NCBI GenBank assembly: GCA_964035545.1
Contig: OZ037766.1
Location: 806,001 to 870,000, forward strand
DNA from: Bugula neritina
Taxonomy: Eukaryota; Animalia; Bryozoa
DNA: 64,000 nt
Direction: 5' to 3'
A model generated the notes under the pieces. The model searched no databases and was not told the DNA's origin. It saw only the letters and a list, made by a program, of their open reading frames with translations. Below are positions 1-7,970 of this stretch, piece after piece (positions within the stretch are counted from its first letter, which is position 1; each line of letters starts with the position of its first letter). Position numbers and translations under genes: made by a program.

Positions 1-184
1 ATAGATTAAATTTGATGTGTAGTAAAACTGTCATTTTAATTAAATTTGTTGCAGTGTGAGTGCATCATTCATACATTTTTTATTAAAGATGTTGTTTTAT
101 GTAAGATATTCATAAATACCACAGTGGTCATCTGTATGCTTTGACTTATTTAGTTTAGGGTTTTATTTAAACAAGCAGCAGTAT

Positions 185-532
185 TGTGATAAACTTGTGG
201 GTTGAATGTAACTTAGTGCAGAACAAGATAGGTTGAAGTAGTAGAGTTCCAAATGTTTATTGTATTAGAAAAATAATGTCAACTTGTCCAGGCGAGCTCC
301 AGTAGTAGACTGGCTTTACACCGTAACTCGCCTGCTTTTATATACAGCGAACAAAAGAACATAAAACAAAGAATCTTTTGTGTGTGTGGCCCGAAGTTCG
401 GTAGCTCCGAAATTCGGCAGGCCCGAAGATCGGGGGAACCGATCTTCGGTCAAGCCGAAATTCGGAACTCCGAATTTCGGACCCCAATTAACATTATTGA
501 ACAAAAGAGTAACCAAGGCATAATCTATCACA
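185..532 (-). repeat. 3' LTR of Gypsy-1
   Basis: Direct repeat of 7623-7970. On the minus strand it is preceded by a G-rich PPT (GATAGGGGGTGTG) and contains TATATAAAAG (344-335) and AATAAA (about 261-256). Confidence 0.96.
391..480. promoter_or_regulatory. Array of six CCGA-N3-TCGG palindromes in the LTR U3 (second copy 7829-7918)
   Basis: Motifs start at 391, 407, 423, 439, 455 and 470 (spacing 16,16,16,16,15), ending about 47 bp upstream of the minus-strand TATA box. The regulatory role is inferred. Confidence 0.7.
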
Positions 533-738
533 CACACCCCCTATCGGAAAGCGTGCTTTCCGATACGAGGGCGAATAATAACATAATAACAATGAGACGG
601 ACAATAAACAAAACAAAAAAAAACAGAAGAGAGAGAACAAAGAAACAAAACAAAACAAAACATCAAGTACATAGTATAAGGGGCAACGAATATGTATAAC
701 AGAGAATTGTCATGCCACCAGTCAGGGAGAGGCGGGTC

Positions 739-1554
739 TCACTCCCTCCATGTCCCATCGTCGTTGTCGGTCTGACGTCGTTCCAGCCGGATCAGTCGTC
801 GTCGCAATTGTGTCAGATCTTCCTCACACCGTGCCACGCGGCGCCGTAAGTGGCGCACCTCCTCTTCTAGTTGCGGTCGGGAGCGGAGTGTGTTGCGCTC
901 CGGGTGTTGTCTGCGCTCTGGGTGGTGTCTGCTTGCCGCCGAGGAGCGGGGATCCAGGTCCGATGTACCGGGTCTGGCACCATCTCCGACCCTTGTCAGC
1001 ATGACCCGAAGAGGCTGGGTGGCTGCTGGTTGGAGGGCGGCGGCGGGTTCTCCGTCTTCTTCTTGAATTGCTCTGCACGCCGGAAACCCTTGGCCGAGGG
1101 TGGCACGCTTGTGGGGGTCCGCGACGTGCGGCAGGATGAGGTCCCGGAACTCCGGAAATGTGGCCTGATCCACGGTGAACACGTGACCTGAGTGGCAGCG
1201 CGAGATGCGCTGGTGGCGCAGCACATAATCCCGCTGGTAGGAGTATTCGCCGCAAGGGCAGAATACATTGATGAAATGTTGTGGGGCGTGAACACGCAAC
1301 CGCCGGGAGGAGGAGAATTTCCTCCGACATTGCCGGCAGATGCGGTTGCCCGCTGCCCCGCATGCTTCACTAATCTGCTGATTAGTGTCGCGAGAGACCC
1401 AGGACTGGCGGGCGACCAGTGCCTGGGGTAGAGCCAAGGTGGGGGTGTCACTGTCTTCAGCTCGAGTAGAGGAGGGCACACCGCATAGTATTCCCTGTTC
1501 CTCCCCGGCGGCTAATTGTAGCTCAACTGGGTTGGCGACAGGGTCACTATTCAT
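739..1554 (-). CDS. Gypsy-1 ORF3: double zinc-finger / leucine-zipper accessory protein (~271 aa)
   Basis: First ATG at 1554 in CCACCATG context. C2H2 finger CRQCRRKFSSSRRLRVHAPQH; second finger CPC-x12-H-x5-C; heptad LEEEVRH-LRRRVAR-CEEDLTQ-LRRRLIR-L. Homologous to the ORF at 31150-32226. Confidence 0.8.
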   Translation of the reverse strand: MNSDPVANPVELQLAAGEEQGILCGVPSSTRAEDSDTPTLALPQALVARQSWVSRDTNQQISEACGAAGNRICRQCRRKFSSSRRLRVHAPQHFINVFCPCGEYSYQRDYVLRHQRISRCHSGHVFTVDQATFPEFRDLILPHVADPHKRATLGQGFPACRAIQEEDGEPAAALQPAATQPLRVMLTRVGDGARPGTSDLDPRSSAASRHHPERRQHPERNTLRSRPQLEEEVRHLRRRVARCEEDLTQLRRRLIRLERRQTDNDDGTWRE

Positions 1555-1607
1555 GGTGGATAGCACCTCAGTCCGGTCTGTGGCGACCCGCGGGCTGCAA
1601 GGAGCCG

Positions 1608-4600
1608 TCACGGGGCTGGTGGAGGGGGGGAGTCGACTCGACTGACCTCCACCTCATCACACTCCATTGCAGTGTCTACAATAGACAGCAGAGGCCGAGT
1701 AAGGCCGGTCTCGCCGTCGCCGAAATTCGGCATCGCCTTATAGGGTACTTTGTGGGTGGTAGGGAGCCGAGGTGAGTCATGGAGAGTGACTGACCCTATG
1801 TCCTGGTCTAATAAAAACTCATTTAGAGAGTCTTCTCCAAAACTCACATCGACTTCCTCCGTTAATAAACTAGATTCTAACAAATCTAAACTAGCCCAAT
1901 TAATTACAGTTGAGTCAGACTCCGGTACGGGAGGCTCTGACTCTAATGAAATACCTGTGTTTGTAGTGTTGTTACCGGGAAGAGTAATACCCATATCCAA
2001 TTTGTGATTAATTCGATTACAAGTTTCAGCTTTAAAATTGCGTGTTACTAGTGGGTTAGTAGTAGTGCAAATGGCCGAGCCTCGTGTTTCAATATTTTTA
2101 CCTGCTACGCGATCGTGGGGAATTCCCATCGAGTTTTGAAGGGACAACTCAGACAATCGCGTGCCCTCCGAATTTCGGTTTGCAACTGTTCCTTTTTGTA
2201 GTGATTCTCCAGGGGGGTGGAAGAATTTACTAACTAAGGAGGAATAATGGCCCTGGACAGATGGATTCCCACTTGGGGGGGGCAACCCTAGGTGTCCTAT
2301 GTGATAGTCTGCCAGATATCCGGGTGGTTTCCTCGCTCGCTGGCTCCTTTCCAGCGGTGCGGGTGCTGGTGGTGCCAGTTGCTCCTCAGTTGCCACCGTA
2401 GGGGGGTCCCCGCCTTCACCCGTAATACGGGTGGGGGTGTCCTCCCCCAAGAGGGGTGGTGGCTCTGGGGCGTGTTGCTGCTGCTGCTCCTGCCTCTGTT
2501 GTTGTTCCAACTGTTCTCGTAGGGCAGCCTGCTCCTGTTCTGCCTCCCTTCGGATGACAATTTCCACCTCCCGGGGCCGGGTGACTCTCCCCCGCTGGTT
2601 AGGCTGGCGGTTGGGCTCCAGGAGGGGTGGAGCCTGACCCACCGCGTCTGGGCTGGCATGGTATGGTTTCAGGCGCTGTTCGCTCTGGACTGAGACCTGT
2701 CCAGAGCGCTCCACACGGTATGTGTGGTTGGCCAGCACCTCCACCACGCAGTAGGGACCCACGAACTTGGGCTGAAGTTTAGCCGACTGTCCGCGACGCC
2801 TACGATAGCTCACCATCCAGACCCAGTCTCCCACCTGATACAATGGGGGCTCTTCTGAGTCCTCTGTGCGGATCTGCCACTGCTGGGCCCGCAGTGCATC
2901 ATGGGCTTTACCCATGATCTCTGTCAGTCTTTCTACATACTCATGTACCGGTGATTCGGGGGCGGGAACATGGTATGTCAGGTGTTCCGGAACCCGCGTT
3001 TCCCGGCCTAGCATCAGGAAGTTTGGGGTCTCCTGTGTGGTGGAGTGTGGTGTGCTGCGGTAAGCCCGCATGATTTGTGGCAGCACCACGTCCCATTCTT
3101 CCTGACCTCGACCAAGGAGCAGGCTCCTGAGGGCGTCACCCAACATCCTGTTGTTCCGCTCGACGACTCCGTTCCCTTGTGGGTGATATGGGGTGGTCCG
3201 ACTCTGGTTCACCCCCCATATCCGGCAGAGGTCTCCCATGAGCTGGGACTGGAACTGGGCGCCCTGGTCCGTATGTATCTGCTCGGGTAAACCGAGGTAA
3301 CAGAACACATGTTGGTCCAGGGTCCGGGCCACCGTGGGGGCGGTTGCGTCTGGAATAGCCAGAGCATCCGCCCACCGGGTAAAGTGGTCCGTGAGCACCA
3401 GTATCCAGGTGTTCCCTCTGGCGGATAACGGCATAGGCCCGACGAGGTCTACCGCCACTACTTGCCACGGTCGACCAGCGTACAGCCGGCGTCGACCAGT
3501 GGTTTCCGTAGGGCGGCCATGCTTGCTAGCTTGGCAGACCTCGCATTGCCGTACCCGCAGTCGTACGTCCCGAGTCATTCCGGGCCAATACCAACGCAGC
3601 CGCAGACACCTGATGACCCGACTGACTCCAGCATGAGCCTGCTTATGGGTGTCCCAGATCAGTTCCCGCCGGAGGGCGCGTGGACAGACGACGCGGTCCC
3701 TCTTCTGCTGGCGGTTGTCTGCTGCTAACGTTATCATCAGGAGGCCATCAGGACTGACCTTGAGGGCATCCCAGCGACGACAGAGGAGTTGGAACTCAAC
3801 GTCTCCCTGCCGCTGCTGTTCCTCGCTAGGTCGTCGGCCCTCCTTCTTGGCCCGGAAGATGTCCGCTACCGCGCCGGGTAGCGTCTCCTGGAGTCGGCAC
3901 AGCTCCTTGACGTTCTGGTGCAGAGTAGGGTTGGCGTGGAGCGCCTGGACACCGTCCTGGTGGGTTTCGGTCCGAAGATGGCCGTGCTCCCACCGGTAGG
4001 CGGTGCCCTCCACTAGCTCTGTTTCCACGTCAAGGCGAGCGGGTCCCCCGTCCCGCTGTTCAATGTGCAGGCATTGCTTGCAGTTCTCTACCGGCCGCCG
4101 GCTCATGCCGTCGGCGTTCCCATGCTTCCGGCCTGCACGGTGCTCTATACGGTAAGAGAACTCGGCAAGAATCTCTAGCCAACGAGCCACCTGGCTCGAG
4201 GGCTCTGCACGTTTACACAGCCATATCAGTGATGCATGGTCTGTTCGCAAACGGAACGATTTCCCATACAGATATGGCCGAAAGTGCTTGACCGCCTTGA
4301 CTACTGCTAGGAGTTCCTTCCTAGTGGTGCAGTAGTTCTTCTCGGCGGCCGCGAGAGTCTTGCTATAGTAAGCCACGACCACCTCACTTCCACCCTGGAC
4401 TTGAGACAGGACGGCTCCCACGCTGTGGTCACTGGCGTCGGTGTCCAGGATGTACTCCTTGGCTGGATCAGGATACGCCAGAATTGGCGCCTCCATTAGA
4501 CGTTGCTTGAGGTGGTCGAATGCCTGCTGTTCCTCCTGCGTCCACTGCCACCGGACCCCTTTTGCGGTCAGCCGATTTAACGGCTGAGCCGCTCCTGCGA

Positions 4601-6695
4601 AGCCAGGTATGTACTGCCGGTAGTACCCTACTAGGCCCAAGAATGCGCGCAACTCAGGGAGGTCACGGGGGACAGTCCACTCCTTCACAGCCTGTACCTT
4701 CTCTGGGTCGGTAGCGACCCCATCACGGCCCACCACATGACCCAGGTACGTGACTTCCGGCTGCAAGAGTGCACACTTGGAGGGCTTCAGCTTGAGTCCA
4801 GCTGCCCGGAGGCGGTCAAAGACCTCCCGCAGACGACTGACATGAGTCGAAAAGTCTGGGGAGATGACAATGACGTCGTCCAGATAGATGAGGAGGGTCT
4901 TCCAGTGTAATCCACTGAGGACCTGCTCCATGAGCCGTTGGAAAGTTGCCGGGGCGGACGTTAGTCCAAATGGCAGTACTTTCCACTTCCAGAGCCCGTC
5001 GCGAGTAATGAATGCTGCTTTGTCCTGGGCATCAGGACTGAGAGGCACTTGCCAGTACCCGCTAAGCAGATCCAAAGTACTGAAGTACTTGCTACCCGCG
5101 AGGGCATCCAGAGACTCATCTATCCGAGGGAGAGGGTAGGCGTCTTGGATAGTAACGCTGTTGAGTCTGCGGTAGTCCACACAGAACCTCCAGCTACCAT
5201 CTTTCTTCTTGACCAGGACTACTGGAGAGCTCCACGCACCGTGGGCAGGCTCAATCAGATCCCGGTCGAGAAGATCCTGTACCTGTCGGCTCACCTCCTT
5301 CTCCTTCTCCGGGCCTAGACGCCGGGTAGGCTGCCTGATGGGAGTGGTGCCGGCTGCAAGGGGTATCTCGTGGGAGATGACCTTGGTCAGCCCCATGTCT
5401 CTATCGCCACGACTGAAGACATCACTGTATTCCGCAAGTAGTTGAGCCAGTACTTGGCGTTCAGTACTACTTGTACAGTTTCCACACGCTCCATCATACA
5501 GGTCAGCCATATGCTCCGGGACTGCTCCTCGTCTGGTGTGAAGGGGGTTCCCCTGGGTGTCGGCCACTGTCTCCAGTGCCGGACCCACATCCGCTTCCTG
5601 GATGGAGTGGTACTTCCCCACCAGTGCTCCGGCCGATAATTGGACAGGTTCCGTGAAGGGGTTGATACACTGCACGAGGAGCTCTTGCCGACCATCTAGC
5701 CGATTCAGGCTGTTTGCTAGTCGGATCGCTCCGTGCGTTCCCTCAACCACCCCCAGGTCGGCGATCCCTTTGCAGTTGACTCTGCAGCGAAGGGTCGCCT
5801 GGGATCTCCCCGGAACTGTGCAGTCCCGCACTACCTGGACTCCGCCCACCAAAGGCCTCCCGAACTTGTCGACGCAGACAAGTTCCTTCCCAGCCATCAC
5901 CACCACTGACTTCTGGAAATCCATGTGACACTGGTGTTTCTCCAGAAACGGCATTCCCAGGATGGCGTCCTCCTTCAGCTGGCTGACTATGAACGTCTCG
6001 TGAACTGCTTGATCACGGATGCGTCCAGGTAGTGAAATGATGCCGTAGAAAGGAATGCATGATCCGTCCGCCAACGTACCATGCGCACCTTCATACGGCT
6101 CGAGGCTCGCCCGCTCTCGTGCACCAAGGGTGTCAAAGAGACGCCTACTCAGCAGGTTGGTAGTGCACCCAGTATCCAGTAGGAATGTGGCAGCTTTACC
6201 CGAAATCTTTCCGGGCAGGAAGTAGCTGCTTCCATACGGCTGGGTGCTCCTGGAGCGGTCAGTCTCTGGGGGAGACACAACTTGGGTCCGCACAGCGGGC
6301 CTCCTCTTTGTCTTAGAGACAACGGGGGTTTTCTGAGGTCGGGAGGGTAGCTTGGGGTACTCTTGCGAGTAAGCTGAATCCTCTTCCACAACCTCCTCGG
6401 GCAACCCCGCGAACCGGTTCTGGAGTGGCCAGGCCGGAGGATCGGGTAGACCTTGCGGTCTCCGAGATCTCCGAGGTGCCTGCCATCCTGCTTCTTCTAG
6501 CTGCATCCGGGTCTCGAGTGACACGGCCGGAGGATCGGGTAGACCTTGCGGTCTCCGAGATCTCCGTGGCCTCTGCCACTCGGTATCGGCAGACCCTGTG
6601 GAGGTCTCTTCTTCTCCTCTTCGAGTCCTATCCCGGATGGGATTGGCGTGAGGCCCACGGTTGGCGGAAGTTACCGTGAGCCTTGGGTGTTTAAA
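1608..6695 (-). CDS. pol: Gypsy-1 Pol (aspartic protease, RT, RNase H, integrase), entered by -1 frameshift
   Basis: LLDTG protease, YLDD RT, DASD RNase H, HHCC (HKQAH...CEVC), integrase core and KFVGPY motif. Frame stays open upstream from 6524 to the slippery site at 6695. Confidence 0.96.
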   Translation of the reverse strand, partial: FKHPRLTVTSANRGPHANPIRDRTRRGEEETSTGSADTEWQRPRRSRRPQGLPDPPAVSLETRMQLEEAGWQAPRRSRRPQGLPDPPAWPLQNRFAGLPEEVVEEDSAYSQEYPKLPSRPQKTPVVSKTKRRPAVRTQVVSPPETDRSRSTQPYGSSYFLPGKISGKAATFLLDTGCTTNLLSRRLFDTLGARERASLEPYEGAHGTLADGSCIPFYGIISLPGRIRDQAVHETFIVSQLKEDAILGMPFLEKHQCHMDFQKSVVVMAGKELVCVDKFGRPLVGGVQVVRDCTVPGRSQATLRCRVNCKGIADLGVVEGTHGAIRLANSLNRLDGRQELLVQCINPFTEPVQLSAGALVGKYHSIQEADVGPALETVADTQGNPLHTRRGAVPEHMADLYDGACGNCTSSTERQVLAQLLAEYSDVFSRGDRDMGLTKVISHEIPLAAGTTPIRQPTRRLGPEKEKEVSRQVQDLLDRDLIEPAHGAWSSPVVLVKKKDGSWRFCVDYRRLNSVTIQDAYPLPRIDESLDALAGSKYFSTLDLLSGYWQVPLSPDAQDKAAFITRDGLWKWKVLPFGLTSAPATFQRLMEQVLSGLHWKTLLIYLDDVIVISPDFSTHVSRLREVFDRLRAAGLKLKPSKCALLQPEVTYLGHVVGRDGVATDPEKVQAVKEWTVPRDLPELRAFLGLVGYYRQYIPGFAGAAQPLNRLTAKGVRWQWTQEEQQAFDHLKQRLMEAPILAYPDPAKEYILDTDASDHSVGAVLSQVQGGSEVVVAYYSKTLAAAEKNYCTTRKELLAVVKAVKHFRPYLYGKSFRLRTDHASLIWLCKRAEPSSQVARWLEILAEFSYRIEHRAGRKHGNADGMSRRPVENCKQCLHIEQRDGGPARLDVETELVEGTAYRWEHGHLRTETHQDGVQALHANPTLHQNVKELCRLQETLPGAVADIFRAKKEGRRPSEEQQRQGDVEFQLLCRRWDALKVSPDGLLMITLAADNRQQKRDRVVCPRALRRELIWDTHKQAHAGVSRVIRCLRLRWYWPGMTRDVRLRVRQCEVCQASKHGRPTETTGRRRLYAGRPWQVVAVDLVGPMPLSARGNTWILVLTDHFTRWADALAIPDATAPTVARTLDQHVFCYLGLPEQIHTDQGAQFQSQLMGDLCRIWGVNQSRTTPYHPQGNGVVERNNRMLGDALRSLLLGRGQEEWDVVLPQIMRAYRSTPHSTTQETPNFLMLGRETRVPEHLTYHVPAPESPVHEYVERLTEIMGKAHDALRAQQWQIRTEDSEEPPLYQVGDWVWMVSYRRRRGQSAKLQPKFVGPYCVVEVLANHTYRVERSGQVSVQSEQRLKPYHASPDAVGQAPPLLEPNRQPNQRGRVTRPREVEIVIRREAEQEQAALREQLEQQQRQEQQQQHAPEPPPLLGEDTPTRITGEGGDPPTVATEEQLAPPAPAPLERSQRARKPPGYLADYHIGHLGLPPPSGNPSVQGHYSSLVSKFFHPPGESLQKGTVANRNSEGTRLSELSLQNSMGIPHDRVAGKNIETRGSAICTTTNPLVTRNFKAETCNRINHKLDMGITLPGNNTTNTGISLESEPPVPESDSTVINWASLDLLESSLLTEEVDVSFGEDSLNEFLLDQDIGSVTLHDSPRLPTTHKVPYKAMPNFGDGETGLTRPLLSIVDTAMECDEVEVSRVDSPPPPAP
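6651..6695 (-). other. -1 programmed ribosomal frameshift signal (gag-pol)
   Basis: T_TTA_AAC heptamer (6695-6689) in the gag frame, 5-nt spacer, 11-bp stem AGGCTCACGGT/ACCGTGGGCCT; pol is in the -1 frame. Confidence 0.85.
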
Positions 6696-7576
6696 GGCCC
6701 TTGGCCTCTAGGGCAGTGCCTCCTCACATGCCCTTGCACCCCGCACCCCCAACAGGTTAGCAGAGATGGGCGGACAGGGTTGTCCCGCGAACGGGGAGCC
6801 CGCCTATCCGCCTGTTCGCTCTGCAACTTCGTCACTGTAGCCTGCAGGCCTTTCATCATGTCCATTAACATGGTGAGCTGCGTCTGCTCGAGTGATTTAG
6901 TTGCTGCGGCCGCTACTTGGGGTTTAGCAGGCAGGGCGGTCTCCTCATCGACCACCTGGCGGGCGGCGAATCTTGGTCCCTGAAGCTCCTCTACCTGGAA
7001 ATAGGCTTTACCCGTTTCCAGAGCTTCGTCCAGGCTGCCCACCTTGCTAGCCATCCAATAGCGTTGGAGGTCAGGATGATTTATACTCCGGAAAAACGCG
7101 TTGTACACCAGGCGCTGTCTTTCCGTTCCGGTAGCCTGGCTGAAAGCAGCCTGGGCCAAGCGTTCCACCACGTTGGCGTGGTCCTCCAACGATGTCCTCC
7201 TGTCCCTTCTCAGGGCCTGTAGGCGGTCAGACGCCTCCTCTGACGTCATGCCAAACCTGGCCCTTAGGGCACGTAAGATGTGTGCTTCATCGGGCCCCAG
7301 AGCGAAACTCTTGGCCCGGCCTGTCAAACAGGCCCGGAGTTGGAGGACGCGCACCGGCACTGGCCATTCAGCGATGGTGGCCACGTCCTGGAACTCCCGG
7401 ATGAATTGCTCCACATCCCCATCACCTCCAAAAGTTGGGGGACTGAGGCGGTACCTGTCACCAGGTGGCGCCTGCCCTGTCCCCTGCAACTGTCGGAGGG
7501 CTGTCACCAAAGCCTCCACAGTTAGGGTTGGTGTCGCGGCTACTCCAGGGGTCGCCTCCTCACCCCCTGGAGCCAT
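6671..7576 (-). CDS. gag: Gypsy-1 Gag with CCHC knuckle
   Basis: 301-aa ORF just after the PBS; PPTFGGDGDVEQFIREF capsid-type motif; CWGCGVQGHVRRHC knuckle. Confidence 0.93.
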   Translation of the reverse strand: MAPGGEEATPGVAATPTLTVEALVTALRQLQGTGQAPPGDRYRLSPPTFGGDGDVEQFIREFQDVATIAEWPVPVRVLQLRACLTGRAKSFALGPDEAHILRALRARFGMTSEEASDRLQALRRDRRTSLEDHANVVERLAQAAFSQATGTERQRLVYNAFFRSINHPDLQRYWMASKVGSLDEALETGKAYFQVEELQGPRFAARQVVDEETALPAKPQVAAAATKSLEQTQLTMLMDMMKGLQATVTKLQSEQADRRAPRSRDNPVRPSLLTCWGCGVQGHVRRHCPRGQGPLNTQGSR

Positions 7577-7601
7577 CTTGTTCTTCTTACACTAGTATTC
7601 A

Positions 7602-7621
7602 GAATCCCACCGCTGCCACCA
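7602..7621 (-). other. Primer-binding site, tRNA-Leu
   Basis: Minus strand TGGTGGCAGCGGTGGGATTC is complementary to the metazoan tRNA-Leu(AAG/TAG) 3' end ...GAATCCCACCGCTGCCACCA, directly after the 5' LTR. Confidence 0.9.
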
Positions 7622-7622
7622 A

Positions 7623-7970
7623 TGTGATAAACTTGTGGGTTGAATGTAACTTAGTGCAGAACAAGATAGGTTGAAGTAGTAGAGTTCCAAATGTTTATTG
7701 TATTAGAAAAATAATGTCAACTTGTCCAGGCGAGCTCCAGTAGTAGACTGGCTTTACACCGTAACTCGCCTGCTTTTATATACAGCGAACAAAAGAACAT
7801 AAAACAAAGAATCTTTTGTGTGTGTGGCCCGAAGTTCGGTAGCTCCGAAATTCGGCAGGCCCGAAGATCGGGGGAACCGATCTTCGGTCAAGCCGAAATT
7901 CGGAACTCCGAATTTCGGACCCCAATTAACATTATTGAACAAAAGAGTAACCAAGGCATAATCTATCACA
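7623..7970 (-). repeat. 5' LTR of Gypsy-1
   Basis: Direct repeat of 185-532, adjacent to the PBS. Confidence 0.96.

Larger units (their letters stand above)
185..7970 (-). mobile_element. Full-length Ty3/Gypsy LTR retrotransposon (Gypsy-1)
   Basis: 348-bp LTRs (185-532, 7623-7970) with TGTGATA...TATCACA ends, identical by eye. GTAT target-site duplication (181-184, 7971-7974). tRNA-Leu PBS. gag, then pol with PR-RT-RH-IN order, then an extra ORF. Confidence 0.97.

Noticed and set aside
739-1611. ORF3 as an env gene (also 31405-32226)
   Set aside because: No signal peptide, transmembrane segment or Env-like organisation; it has zinc fingers and basic nuclear-type motifs instead.
7602-7621. 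tRNA-Leu-like sequence as a tRNA gene
   Set aside because: Only the 3'-terminal 20 nt including CCA are present, next to an LTR; it is a primer-binding site.
750-7674. Many short overlapping or antisense ORFs inside Gypsy-1 (and 25933-32435 in Gypsy-2)
   Set aside because: Expected shadows of GC-rich coding sequence, with no independent motifs.
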